A stretch of DNA of 64,000 bases from Hyphomicrobiales bacterium (GCA_965224015.1 OZ245032.1:854863-918862), one strand, 5' to 3'; shown: positions 10,567 through 20,976, counted from the first letter of the stretch. A program made the numbers and translations. The notes: a model not told the origin generated them from the sequence alone.

Positions 10567-11367
10567 TTACTCGGCAGCCAATCCTCTTGTTTGCTGTCTT
10601 TCGCTTGAAAACCGCGCAGATAGGTTCTCAGCGGCATCCCTTAATGCTCTTTTATAATGGTCATAGTTCGCGCGCGCGTCATCTTTCGGAGCAATGATGC
10701 AAAGTGTGTATCTGCATACGTCGTCGGCCGCAAAGACAGGGGCAGCAAAACAATGGGTAAAGTCATCTGCAACACTGTCAAAGTCGAAGAAATTGTCCTT
10801 CTGGGCTTCACGAACAGACTTCAGAAAGGTCTCTTGCGAGAGTCGAGACCCGTCTGGCAGATCGAAGTCCTGGGAGGGTATGAAGTCGAGAATCTCCTGA
10901 TCACTAAGATGGGTGAGGAGCAATCGGCCTGAAGCTGTCCACGGGATTGGCATCCTCTCACCGACGTCCGCACTGATACGAAATGGCCTACTGCCCTCGT
11001 TCATCATTGCAACGTAGTACTTATCTCCGTCTAACGTGCAGAGCTGAGATGTCTCCCGGGTCCGCTCGGTGATGCCTTCCAGGATAGGACGGACGGTGTC
11101 TCCCAGATCAAAATGCTTGCGGTAGTTTGTGCTCCAGAAATTCAGTTTTGGCCCGAGAAAGACCCTGCCATCATCACCCACTTTTTCGAGAATATTTGAT
11201 GAAATGAGCAGAGCGACCAAGTCATAGATAGAAGATTTCGGTGCGCTCATGCCCTCGGCGATTTCAATAGGCCGTTGTGGCAACCCGACCCGGCATAGAT
11301 GATCGAGGATCGCAAAGGCGCGATCCAGTCCTCTGGCCTTGGTCTTTGTCTTCCCGTCCTTGGTCAT
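10567..11367 (-). CDS. IclR family transcriptional regulator
   Basis: GLDRAFAILDHL HTH region; PWTASGRLLL effector-domain motif. Confidence 0.9.
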   Translation of the reverse strand: MTKDGKTKTKARGLDRAFAILDHLCRVGLPQRPIEIAEGMSAPKSSIYDLVALLISSNILEKVGDDGRVFLGPKLNFWSTNYRKHFDLGDTVRPILEGITERTRETSQLCTLDGDKYYVAMMNEGSRPFRISADVGERMPIPWTASGRLLLTHLSDQEILDFIPSQDFDLPDGSRLSQETFLKSVREAQKDNFFDFDSVADDFTHCFAAPVFAADDVCRYTLCIIAPKDDARANYDHYKRALRDAAENLSARFSSERQQTRGLAAE

Positions 11368-11397
11368 AAGCTACTGCTCGCACATATACATCAATAA

Positions 11398-11789
11398 TCA
11401 GACTACTTTACGAAAGGCGATGCAGTCCACTTCAACTTTGCAGTCGACAACCATCGCCGACTGAACACAGGCCCGTGCCGGTGGGTTTTCGCCAAAGTAT
11501 TCCGCAAACACCTTGTTAAAGCTCCAAAAATCCCGGGGATCGGCAAGCCAGACACGCCAATCCGCATGATTTCAGCTGTGGAGCAACCGGCGTCTTCAAC
11601 AATCACGATCATGTTCCGAATAGCTTGATGGGCTTGCGGAACAATACCACCGTCGATGACCTCACCATCAACCATTGGCGTTTGGCCCGAGACATAAAGC
11701 AAGCCATCTGCTTCTGTCGCTTTTGCGAAGGGCAGCGCTTGCGGGCCTGATCCTTTGGCCTCATTCAATCCATGTCTCCTGATCGACAT
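11398..11789 (-). pseudogene. RidA/YjgF family protein, frameshifted
   Basis: LLYVSGQTP N-terminus; an extra GT (GGCGTGTCTGG, ~11550) shifts the frame. The other frame continues VWLADPRDFWSFNKVFAEYFGENPPARACVQSAMVVDCKVEVDCIAFRKVV* to TGA at 11398. Confidence 0.88.
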
Positions 11790-11804
11790 CTGTGTTTACC
11801 TCAG

Positions 11805-12572
11805 TCAGAATTTTGAGCTTTTCAGGAACGCAGCCAGGCGCTCAGTTTTGGGGTTCTTGAACATCTCTTTGGGTGGACCCTGTTCGCCGATCCGACCGTC
11901 CTGCATGAAAATCACACGGTTCGAAACGTCATGGGCAAATTGCATCTCATGGGTTACCAGCAGCATGGTCATGCCGTCTTTTGCGAGATCCAAAATGACC
12001 TCAAGAACCTCATTGACCAGTTCTGGATCAAGTGCAGATGTGACTTCGTCAAAGAGCATCAGTTTAGGATTCATTGCGATCGCGCGTGCAATCGCGACCC
12101 GTTGTTGTTGACCACCGGAAAGCTGCCCCGGAAAGTGGTTCTTGCGCTCAAGCATGCCGACACGCTCAAGCCATTTCTCCGCGACTGAATGTGCTTCGTC
12201 TTTGGCCATTCCCTTTGTCTTCACCAAACCGAGCATCACGTTGCGAACGGCCGTCATATGAGGAAACAGGTTGAAATGCTGGAAGGCCATACCGGTCATG
12301 GCGCGTTGCCGGGCGATCTCCTTTTCTGACAGCCTGACGCGCTTTCCGGCTTTTTCCCTGTAGCCAATCTGCTCGCCGTCGATCGCAATGACACCTTCTT
12401 CGTAGTCCTCAAGCAGATTGACACACCGAAGGAGTGTTGTTTTTCCCGATCCGCTTGAGCCAATCAGGCTGACGACGTCGCCTTGCTGCATCGTCAAATC
12501 GATACCTCTAAGAACTTCAAGGTCTCCAAAGCGTTTGTGTAAGTTTTGAATTTCCAGGAGTTTCGATAACAT
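11805..12572 (-). CDS. Polar amino acid ABC transporter ATP-binding protein
   Basis: [33 protein letters not shown]. Confidence 0.95.
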   Translation of the reverse strand: MLSKLLEIQNLHKRFGDLEVLRGIDLTMQQGDVVSLIGSSGSGKTTLLRCVNLLEDYEEGVIAIDGEQIGYREKAGKRVRLSEKEIARQRAMTGMAFQHFNLFPHMTAVRNVMLGLVKTKGMAKDEAHSVAEKWLERVGMLERKNHFPGQLSGGQQQRVAIARAIAMNPKLMLFDEVTSALDPELVNEVLEVILDLAKDGMTMLLVTHEMQFAHDVSNRVIFMQDGRIGEQGPPKEMFKNPKTERLAAFLKSSKF

Positions 12573-12580
12573 TCGAGACC

Positions 12581-13243
12581 TCAGTTTGGGATCGCTACTT
12601 TGCGTTCCACGTAGCGCCCGGCCTTTTCGATTGCGAAGTTGATCAGAAAGAAAACAAAGCCCGCGAAGAAATAGAGCTCCAGGCTAAGATACGTACGGGA
12701 GATGATCTGCTGAACGGACAGCAGTAACTCAACCACACCGATGATGGATAGCAGGGTAGAGGCTTTGACAATCTCTGTTGCGGTGTTCACCCAGGTTGGG
12801 AGAATTTGGCGCAGCGCCTGCGGCAGCAGAACCGAGAAGAAGGTCTTTAAGAACGTCAGTCCGATGGACTTGGCCGCCTCCGTCTGTCCTTTTGGGATGG
12901 CTTGAAGGGCACCGCGAACGATTTCACCCACATGAGAACTACAAAACAAGGTCAGGGCAAAGACCCCAGCTTCGAACGCGGACAGGTCAACGCCAACGAC
13001 CGACAGAATGTAGAAGCAGGCCAGGATCAGAACAAAAACAGGTGTGCCGCGCAGGAAATCCGAGTAAATCCTGATCAGAAAACGCGCAGGTAGATTTCCG
13101 TAAGTGAGGATGAGACCGACCACAACCCCGAGGATCGTGCCCAGAATAATGGACAGTCCAGATATCTGAAGCGTGTTCCACAAGCCTTGCAGTACGGCAA
13201 ATCGGGCAGACCATATAGCGTCAAGCGCTTGAATGATTTCCAT
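12581..13243 (-). CDS. Polar amino acid ABC transporter permease
   Basis: [29 protein letters not shown] (EAA loop). Confidence 0.93.
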   Translation of the reverse strand: MEIIQALDAIWSARFAVLQGLWNTLQISGLSIILGTILGVVVGLILTYGNLPARFLIRIYSDFLRGTPVFVLILACFYILSVVGVDLSAFEAGVFALTLFCSSHVGEIVRGALQAIPKGQTEAAKSIGLTFLKTFFSVLLPQALRQILPTWVNTATEIVKASTLLSIIGVVELLLSVQQIISRTYLSLELYFFAGFVFFLINFAIEKAGRYVERKVAIPN

Positions 13244-13248
13244 GACAC

Positions 13249-13911
13249 TTACCTCGGAATTGCCAACCGCGTTTCGATCTGGCGAAGCGCGGCGGCGATG
13301 ACATAACAGGCCATCACGTACATCAGGCTCGCCACCAGCCAGGTTTCGATGACCCGGAAGGTTTCGACATTGATTTTTCTTGCATAGAAGGTCAGTTCCG
13401 GCACCGCGATTGCCGCGGCCAGTGACGTGTCCTTAAAGAGTGAAATGAAGTTATTGCTGAGTGAGGGCAGGACATTTCGAAACATCACCGGAATGGTAAT
13501 GAGCAGTTTTGTTCGAAGTTCCGTCAGGCCGATCGTCAACCCAGCTTCCCGAAGCCCACTTGGCAGAGCCACAAGTCCGGCGCGGAAAACCTCCGTTAGA
13601 TACGCCCCGGAGTAAACCGACAACGTAACGATGAAAGATTCAATTTTTCCCAGTCGTACACCAAATTGTGGCAGGGCAAAGAAGGTGAACAGAATCAGGA
13701 CCAGAATGGGAGTATTCCTGATCGCTGACACGTAAGAAATTGAAAGCCGCCGGATTGCCCTGCGCTTGGATAACATCCCAAAAGCAGCCAACAGACCAAT
13801 CAGACATCCAATCGCAATTGAGATAATCGCGAGAAAGATGCCAAGCCCCAAGCCTGACAACAACAGGTCAAAGTCGCGCCAGACAGCGGCAAAGTTAAAG
13901 TCATAGTCCAT
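13249..13911 (-). CDS. Polar amino acid ABC transporter permease
   Basis: RNTPILV, EVFRAGL...GLREAG, FKDTSLA. Confidence 0.93.
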   Translation of the reverse strand: MDYDFNFAAVWRDFDLLLSGLGLGIFLAIISIAIGCLIGLLAAFGMLSKRRAIRRLSISYVSAIRNTPILVLILFTFFALPQFGVRLGKIESFIVTLSVYSGAYLTEVFRAGLVALPSGLREAGLTIGLTELRTKLLITIPVMFRNVLPSLSNNFISLFKDTSLAAAIAVPELTFYARKINVETFRVIETWLVASLMYVMACYVIAAALRQIETRLAIPR

Positions 13912-13936
13912 TGGCTACTCGTAAGGTGCGGCTCGT

Positions 13937-14770
13937 TTACTTGAATTCGACCGGGAAACCGATCTGCGGTGGGCTCAGTTCTGCGCCGAACCATTGTTTG
14001 TAGGATGCCGCATAAGTGTTGAACTCAACGCCGGTCATAGCTTCATGCAGCACAGAGTTGACGAAGTTCAGCCAACGCTGATCGCCGGGCTTTACCGCAC
14101 AGCTGTAGCTCTGTGGGTTCCAGCCAAAACCGGAATCTGCATAGCGGCCTGGGTTCCGCGCCATGAACCAGCTCAGGGAGGACTGGTCGGTTGCAGCTGC
14201 ATTTGAGCGGCCAGAATTCAGCGCCTGATACATCAGATCCACGCTTTCATACTGATCGACGTTCGCTTCAGGTAGCGCGGCATGTACCATGTCTTCGGCA
14301 TAGACGTTTTGCAGAACCGAAACAGTCACATCGCTGCCAGCAGCCTTCAGCGCGTCATAGTCAGCATAGTCGCCGCCATTCAGCAGCATGAGGCCGACAC
14401 CTTCTCGATAGTAGGGGATGGTAAATTCGACCTGCTGCGCTCGGCCAGCGGTCACCGTCATAAACTGACAGGTCACGTCGACCTTGTCGGTCGCCAGATT
14501 CGGAATGCGCGCATCGCCGGACTGGTTGACGAACTCAATCTTGGTTGGGTCGTCAAAAAGGCCCTTTGCAATCAGACGCAGCATGTCGATGTCAAAACCG
14601 ACCAGTTCATTGTTTTCGTTTGTGAAGTGCCAGGGCGCATTGGTACTGCCAGTGCCCGCGATCAGGTAACCGCGGTCCAGGACGTCCTGGAGCTTGTCAG
14701 CATATGCAGTCCCGGCTGCGGCGCCTATAAGCAACGCAGCCAGACAGGTAGTCTTCAGTGTTTTCAGCAT
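13937..14770 (-). CDS. Amino acid ABC transporter substrate-binding protein (family 3)
   Basis: Signal peptide, GFDIDM, RAQQVEFTIPY. Confidence 0.92.
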   Translation of the reverse strand: MLKTLKTTCLAALLIGAAAGTAYADKLQDVLDRGYLIAGTGSTNAPWHFTNENNELVGFDIDMLRLIAKGLFDDPTKIEFVNQSGDARIPNLATDKVDVTCQFMTVTAGRAQQVEFTIPYYREGVGLMLLNGGDYADYDALKAAGSDVTVSVLQNVYAEDMVHAALPEANVDQYESVDLMYQALNSGRSNAAATDQSSLSWFMARNPGRYADSGFGWNPQSYSCAVKPGDQRWLNFVNSVLHEAMTGVEFNTYAASYKQWFGAELSPPQIGFPVEFK

Positions 14771-14939
14771 TAGATCCTCCTTGCTGTGTTATTCCGGTAT
14801 ACCGGAATTAATATCGGTATTGCGGAATGATAATTTGCACGCCAAAAACAACCTGTCAATAAGAATGTCGGAACGCCACCATTTGCTGTCGGTCAAACCA
14901 GCCCAAACGGTCAAGAGGATTCATAGGGAGTGCACGCCC

Positions 14940-15034
14940 ATGGACACGCCATCGGCCGTCGTGGATTTCGATGTGGCCGAGCCAATATTCCCAGATTTCA
15001 GGAATACTGCGATACGCACGGCCTCAAAGTCCGA
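14940..15034 (+). pseudogene. 5' remnant of a D-threonine aldolase-family (fold type III PLP) enzyme
   Basis: MDTPSAVVDFDVAE, then a 1-nt frameshift (~14982), then ANIPRFQEYCDTHGLKVR. This matches the family N-terminus but breaks off just before the PH.KTHK PLP lysine motif. Confidence 0.7.
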
Positions 15035-15502
15035 AACGCGCATATTTGGGATCACAAGATCATGCGGGGATATGTAACAGGGGAATATGAGAGCTTGGAT
15101 GCGCCAGAGGTTTGGGCGTTTTTCGGTAATCGGGAAACCGCGCTGGAAGTCATGTCTATACCGCGGGACAACAAGCAGCTTCATTAAAGAATATTATATA
15201 CGGGAGGATTTATCATGTCTGCATCAAAAATACTTTTGCTGGATGGGAATACATTGCGGATTTTCTTTAAAGCGGATGGCATACGCAGTCTCAATCTCTT
15301 GCCGCGAAACGGCGGTGCCCGGCTGAGATAGCATGGTGAAATTGCCCTTTGCAGGTCTGTTGCTTCAACCCAAATTGGTTGATGCATTGATAGTGTGCGA
15401 TTTTTTCATTGCAACTTAATGTTTCGCTAATAACAATCATTAAGGGAAGCCAAGTTGAGCATCAGCCCATAAGATTTAAATCATAGTACGCAAAGGGGCA
15501 GA

Positions 15503-15856
15503 GTGAGGAAAATGGCTAAATTTTATCGACAATCGTTTCTTTGTCTGGCGGTGGGTCTTTTTGCTTTGGCTGCGCATGCGCAAAGTGCGGACGCGATAAC
15601 CGATACATCCGACGTTTTGCCTCAGTCAGTTTATGGCCGGCCGGATGCCGCGGGCTTGTACAAGTTCGAGGATGGCTTCCCCGATGCGATTGACCTGAAC
15701 AAGGGGCGTCTTGCAGGGAATTGCTTCGGTCGTGGAACACGGGTTGAACCGGACTCCCGTGCCCCGGTGGCGAATACAGAGAGTAAACGCGTTGTCCGGC
15801 ACTTCAATGCATTTGATCGCGACACAGATTACGATGATGCCGATTCGAAATTCTGA
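15503..15856 (+). CDS. Hypothetical secreted protein
   Basis: Sec-type signal peptide ending AAHA; AGGGG upstream; no recognisable domain. Confidence 0.5.
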   Translation: MRKMAKFYRQSFLCLAVGLFALAAHAQSADAITDTSDVLPQSVYGRPDAAGLYKFEDGFPDAIDLNKGRLAGNCFGRGTRVEPDSRAPVANTESKRVVRHFNAFDRDTDYDDADSKF

Positions 15857-15996
15857 CGCTGCAGAGGTATGTTCGCGTGAAAGTTAGGAAAATCGCAATG
15901 ATTGCTGTCGCGCAGCCCCTCGCGCGGCGTCGCCGTCCAATTGGGATCAGATGGTATGCTCATGGCGCCACCTCGAGTTGTCTTTGCGGTGCGGCT

Positions 15997-16122
15997 GCGG
16001 CCGCGGGTATCATAGGCGAGGCGGATGCGCTCGCCACGGCTGCCGCGCGCCTCCTCCACACGCCCGCCCTTCGAGGATTGCCAGTTAAGGAAGGTATCGC
16101 TCGCCTGCGTTCGACCCGCCTG
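15997..16122 (-). repeat. 126-bp RHS-core fragment, direct repeat of 17976-18101
   Basis: Encodes QAGRTQASDTFLNWQSSKGGRVEEARGSRGERIRLAYDTRGR, versus QAGRTQPSDTFFNWQSSKGGRVEVARGSRGERIRLAYDTRGR in the other copy. Confidence 0.9.
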
Positions 16123-16732
16123 GAGAACGATCGCGAACCGGCGTTAAGTCAAACGCACAAGGGTATTCAACAAAATCGACGGTAATCATGTTTTCACGAC
16201 AAATATCTACGAATTGTTGTGAACAAATTTTCCCGCATAGATCCTTGTCCAACGCAATCCAGAATTTTCTGTTCGGTTTTTTGCGAATTACATAATCTTC
16301 CATTTTAAATTTTCTTAGATGTGGCCAAAAATCAATTGGACTATGATCTTTGTCAACCATATATACTGTGGTCTTGATTTTTCCAATATAGTAAATTAAT
16401 TTTTCTGAATCAAAATAATTATTTAATTCCACATTATTATAATATATAGAACATTTTGTAAATTCAATATCATCGCAATGATTATCTAAAAATAATTTTC
16501 TAAATTTATCGCTGAATAAAGAATGAAAAACTGTCTCAACGTAATCCAGGCCGACAAACGATGAATATGGAAATAATTCAATATCAGACACGTAAAACTC
16601 TGCCGCGCCTTCGGCATTGAATTTAGGGTCTACACTGGTTCCATGAGTGCTTTCATAGCTATTGTAATCCTTTGGCACTAGACAGTCAGATGGATGTGTT
16701 TCATGTGGGAGAATTTTATAGTATTTTTTCAT
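16085..16732 (-). CDS. Putative immunity protein for the AHH nuclease (Imm11/DUF1629-like)
   Basis: AT-rich gene 13 bp downstream of the toxin domain; pattern FSDKF...IEF...C.I...YY...D...S...ICSQ.F resembles Imm11. Confidence 0.65.
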   Translation of the reverse strand: MKKYYKILPHETHPSDCLVPKDYNSYESTHGTSVDPKFNAEGAAEFYVSDIELFPYSSFVGLDYVETVFHSLFSDKFRKLFLDNHCDDIEFTKCSIYYNNVELNNYFDSEKLIYYIGKIKTTVYMVDKDHSPIDFWPHLRKFKMEDYVIRKKPNRKFWIALDKDLCGKICSQQFVDICRENMITVDFVEYPCAFDLTPVRDRSPGGSNAGERYLP

Positions 16733-16745
16733 AGTTAATCCTGTT

Positions 16746-18194
16746 TTATTTACACTTTGCGCCGTGTTTACCTAACCGCATTGCTCCTGTACCAAGCAAA
16801 GTTCTATACTTGAAGGCTAATTTTCTAATTGCTCTTGCTGTGCACTTCCTACTCATATTTCGGCGAAAGATTGTATTTAAATTACGTTCCATTTGTTCAG
16901 AGTAGTCGCGATGCTCCGTCGTGCTTCCTCTATGAGTTCCTGCCGTTTTTGGCGAAGACGTTTGACCACCAAGCCCCACGCATTCGGGTAGATACATGAT
17001 ATTTTGCACTCCACCCATGTCAAACAGGTTTCCAGCACGTCGTATAGCGAGATGGTCGTGAAAGTCCCATGGAATAATATGGTGTCGCTGAAATCCCGGT
17101 TTTGAGGGCATAGATGCAGGAGATTTCGCGAGCCCTAAAGGATCTGTCCAATAACTCGGATTATTTACATACCCTTGCGATCTGAGCCCTCCTCCCAGAC
17201 CAATCGGATCGGGTGAGATGTATTACGCGGCCCTGGCATCATAGTATCGAGAGCGGTTGTCGTAAAGGCCGGTTTCGGCGTCCGCCCATTGGCCCTGAAA
17301 GCGAATGGGGCAGTGGTAGGGATCGGGATCATCAGATGCCTTTAGCGCCAGATTACCGCTGACCAACCCGCCGCCGCCACCACCTCCCGGGTCCCCTCGA
17401 GGCGAACTGCCAGGCCGCGTGCCGTACACCGGCTGTCCATCTGCACCATAGCCCTGAAAGCCGCCGGAGCCGGGCGGGCCATCGTCGTCATTCTCCGCCT
17501 GCCACAAGCGGCGAACTTCCCCCCAGGTCGTGTATTCCGCCGCCCAAACGAGCTCTCCAGCCTCAGATATCAATTCGCGCGGTGTGCCCAGATGATCGGT
17601 CACGACGTAGCTGAGATGGCCGGCCTCCTCACGCGCCAGGGGCACAAAACTGTCCGGCTCAAAGTGCCAGGCCGTTTCGCGAACGATCTCGCCGGTGTCG
17701 TTGGAGAGGCTTTCTTTAAGGATAACATCGCCGTCCCACAGATAGTCTGCGCGGCCGATCTCCCGCCACTCGCCGATATGGCCATCCTTGTCGTTCTTGT
17801 CGTTGGCAGCGCGGGCGTGTTGCACCCTGGCAAGGCGCCGGCCCAGCGCATCGTACGCATAGGTCCACTTGTGCCCCTGCGGCGTGAGCGCCGCAACAAG
17901 CCGGTCGCGACCATCCCAGGTGAAGACGTAACGCTGAGGCCGGAAGCCATTCCGCTCAACCTTGCGCTCGATCGCGCGGCCGCGGGTATCATAGGCGAGG
18001 CGGATGCGCTCGCCACGGCTGCCGCGCGCCACCTCCACACGCCCGCCCTTCGAGGATTGCCAGTTGAAGAAGGTATCGCTGGGCTGCGTTCGGCCCGCTT
18101 GCCGCTCGCCAGAAGGCTTGGCAAGATCCTCATAGTGTTTAAAGTGAATGGTTACATTAAACAAAGTACGGGAGAGTATACTTACTGCGTCCAA
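16746..18194 (-). pseudogene. Orphan RHS core fragment plus AHH (HNH/EndoVII-fold) nuclease toxin, split by one in-frame TAA
   Basis: YD repeats, [41 protein letters not shown]...[11 protein letters not shown] in frame with RHHIIP...NIMYLP...HRGSTTEH; stop at 17223-17225. Confidence 0.88.
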
Positions 18195-19363
18195 TCATGC
18201 TTTAGCAGCAACTTGTGGCGTATGGCGTAAGGGTTATAATCGTCCGGAATCGGAAGACCATCAAAATTTCCTAAATATTCAATATGATAATAGTCCTCAT
18301 CAGGCTTTACCCCATTAGCAGCAACGCCCTTCGCGAACAATATTTTCTTCAGATTTTGACGTAAATAATCCTCATCCTCAAAGATCATATCGTCACCGAT
18401 ATATCGCTTTCCACGCGCTGGCCCCCAAGTGAAATAATGAGTGTTCTGCGACAGTGTGCGCGCAAAAGTGCCATCCCTTTGTACGTAATCAAGGATCGCG
18501 TCCTTCGCCTTGGTTGAAATCAGAAAACCGATAGAAAATAATGTCCCTTCAAGTTCTGGCGTCGTGCAGCCCACCGTACCGCAATGCTCAAACTGCTTGA
18601 GCAATTCAGATAACATTTGCTCCTCGCCCAGTGCATGAAACGCCGCGGCAGCTTTCATGGCGGATGGCAAAATATATGCGGCGTCTGAGGTGGTAACTAA
18701 AGCAAGATCACCAAGCCTAGTAAACATGGCGCTGCGAGCGAGTTGCTCAGCATTGGGGCGATAGTCGGGATCTATCTCTTCTGCCCTGAAATCACGCACA
18801 TAGCCTTTCCAAAGCACAAAACGATAAGCTTTTTCTGCCTGGCTTTTTCGCAAAAGTTGTAGGCCACCATTGATGTCGGCTCGTTGGTCGCGGTTAATTA
18901 TAGCATCCATGCATTTAGCGACATGCTCATAGTCTTTCTTACGACCCGAATAGCGCATGATTTGGTAATATACACTGCCAAACTCCTTACCCAGTTTACC
19001 ATCGCAAGCGGCCTGATTAAGATAGGCAACATGATCTCGTGTACGGAACAAACTGAGCGCCTCCGATATAGGGCGACTTCTCTGCGCAAAGTCGGCGACG
19101 ATTTTCTCGAGTAGTTCGTTTTCGCCATAGGAAAACAAAATATCAACTGACTTGGAAAACCTGCTACTAATACCCGCATAGTAGGCGGGTCGTTGATCTC
19201 CTAACCACTGATAATCCAAGAGTGCACGAGGATTTATTTCAACCATCCAAAAAATATTGTTTGAAAATGGATCTTTCATAGCTGGCTTTTCTAGATACAT
19301 AGCCACAGGTAGGCAGGCAAGAACTGCAATTATCACGAATAATCTGCGAACACGTGGTCTCAT
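18182..19363 (-). CDS. Putative membrane-anchored/periplasmic immunity protein (B2)
   Basis: N-terminal hydrophobic helix; ATGA overlap with the upstream effector; shares QF..CG...C..PE.EG.L..I.F and YH...YNPY with the two 385-aa proteins. Confidence 0.65.
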   Translation of the reverse strand: MRPRVRRLFVIIAVLACLPVAMYLEKPAMKDPFSNNIFWMVEINPRALLDYQWLGDQRPAYYAGISSRFSKSVDILFSYGENELLEKIVADFAQRSRPISEALSLFRTRDHVAYLNQAACDGKLGKEFGSVYYQIMRYSGRKKDYEHVAKCMDAIINRDQRADINGGLQLLRKSQAEKAYRFVLWKGYVRDFRAEEIDPDYRPNAEQLARSAMFTRLGDLALVTTSDAAYILPSAMKAAAAFHALGEEQMLSELLKQFEHCGTVGCTTPELEGTLFSIGFLISTKAKDAILDYVQRDGTFARTLSQNTHYFTWGPARGKRYIGDDMIFEDEDYLRQNLKKILFAKGVAANGVKPDEDYYHIEYLGNFDGLPIPDDYNPYAIRHKLLLKHDWTQ

Positions 19364-20295
19364 TGGGGGGTACCAGTGGGCGAAATTGATATATTGGGTT
19401 TGTCTGATGGAGCAGTCTTGATTATCTTTGGCTGGTAAATTTTCTGGTCGCCAGAGGGTTTAGCAAGATCCTCATAGTGTTTAAAGTGAATGGTTACATT
19501 ATCAAGCGTATTTAAGCTGCTGTGCTCATGCCACGCTTCAATAATTGATTTAGGTACTTCAGATGTCACGGTCGCGGTATTGCAGCCGATAAAGCGTGAA
19601 AATTTTGTTGAAGCCTTGAAAACTTTTTGCTTTTCAATACTCTGCAGATTACGAGGACGAATCGTTAAACGTTTCTCTGGTCCGACCGGCGCTGCCGGAT
19701 CGTCTGGAGTACCATGATCTAAAGTCAACCAAAGCTCGCCGTCCACAGCATGGCCGATAAACCACAATCTAGTAATACTGTTGTCTTTTAGTCTATTGGC
19801 ATAGTTGTTAACATCATTAACTTCATTAATTGAGGAGTATACTAAGTCAAATTTTTTCGCGTTAGCTACGGCCTTTAACTCTTTGCGCATAAATGAATAA
19901 TAATCTGTGACATTTTTTTCAAATGTCCCTTTATGCCAATAGCGTTTTATTATTAACTTATCTTTAACTGCCTCCGCATGTTCATTACGTCTCCATGCGT
20001 CCCGAGAAAGATAGGCACTCCAAGGATCATCAGACTCAAAGTTATCATCATCATTGAAGCGATCATCATAACCCTTTTTATAGACCAGCACGTGCACGAT
20101 CTCATTATCGGGTGGATCCTGTTCATTTTCAAGATATGCCTTAAGCGTGACGAAATAACTAAGCCATGTCCTGTCATGATCTCGATCACCAGTATGATAT
20201 TTGCCGGGGGCTCCCAAAACAACGATGAAATTCCTGGGACATGTTTCACAGATTTCTCCGGCTTTTCCCTTACCCGGTTTGTCTGGCGGCGTCAT
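19360..20295 (-). CDS. Putative T6SS effector (A2) with caspase/C80-like motifs
   Basis: TGATG-coupled to a DUF4123 gene; N-terminal CETCP; RLWFIGH and SRFIGCN motifs. Confidence 0.65.
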   Translation of the reverse strand: MTPPDKPGKGKAGEICETCPRNFIVVLGAPGKYHTGDRDHDRTWLSYFVTLKAYLENEQDPPDNEIVHVLVYKKGYDDRFNDDDNFESDDPWSAYLSRDAWRRNEHAEAVKDKLIIKRYWHKGTFEKNVTDYYSFMRKELKAVANAKKFDLVYSSINEVNDVNNYANRLKDNSITRLWFIGHAVDGELWLTLDHGTPDDPAAPVGPEKRLTIRPRNLQSIEKQKVFKASTKFSRFIGCNTATVTSEVPKSIIEAWHEHSSLNTLDNVTIHFKHYEDLAKPSGDQKIYQPKIIKTAPSDKPNISISPTGTPQ

Positions 20296-20960
20296 CAGAT
20301 TTTTCCTTCGTCGGCGTTGTAAACATATTTCTCAAACAGTGCCGTTAATTCAGCTTCGTTTTTATCAGCAAGTGCTGGAGTGAATTCTGTGTGCTCGGTG
20401 TCAAACCGCTCTCCAAGCCGCCAGGCACAGAATACAAAACCCATCAGATCATATTCCGTTATCAGATCATAATCCTGTGCCCGGGCTATGTGCGTTCTAA
20501 CAAAGGCTCTGGCCTTTGTGATGTCTGCCTTGCCGTACCCTTCAGCTTCACCAATCTTTGCCAGCTCCTGCGCCACCATCTCGCAAAAAATCTCCATTTG
20601 CATCTGCTCAAACGCCGCCTCATGGCCTCGCCTGATCAGGGTAAGCGGCCCCGTGGATCGCTGCGCCCGTGCCTGCGACGCCACAGCAAACGGCTCGATC
20701 ATCGTTGGCTCCAGAGTGCGCATGTCAATGCGGTGCACGGTCATGGGAGACGCATCGTTTGCCTTGGCAAAGTGAAATATATTGTGCGCCTTCGAAAGTC
20801 CCGGTTCCTCGCACCAGTCCTCGGCGAAGATATGCGTGATCGGACCAAAAAATGCCGCAAGCTCTGGTCCGTTGCAGGACAAAAGCCAGACCCGCAAAAC
20901 CGCCGGATCAAAAAAACGAAACCGCACCACCCGACCATCGCTCTCCCACTCAACACGCAA
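20295..20960 (-). CDS. 5'-truncated DUF4123 (Tap-1/Tec-type T6SS effector adaptor), copy 1
   Basis: NFRRYLRVEWESDGRVVRFRFFDPAVLR...FFGPI matches the DUF4123 C-terminal motif; the N-terminal half is missing; TTG start has no clear RBS. Confidence 0.78.
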   Translation of the reverse strand: MRVEWESDGRVVRFRFFDPAVLRVWLLSCNGPELAAFFGPITHIFAEDWCEEPGLSKAHNIFHFAKANDASPMTVHRIDMRTLEPTMIEPFAVASQARAQRSTGPLTLIRRGHEAAFEQMQMEIFCEMVAQELAKIGEAEGYGKADITKARAFVRTHIARAQDYDLITEYDLMGFVFCAWRLGERFDTEHTEFTPALADKNEAELTALFEKYVYNADEGKI

Positions 20961-20976
20961 GTACCGGCGGAAGTTT

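Noticed and set aside
15877-16185. Plus-strand 102-aa ORF (also 17592-18230 and 17600-18133)
   Set aside because: Alternative-frame or antisense readings of the RHS segment
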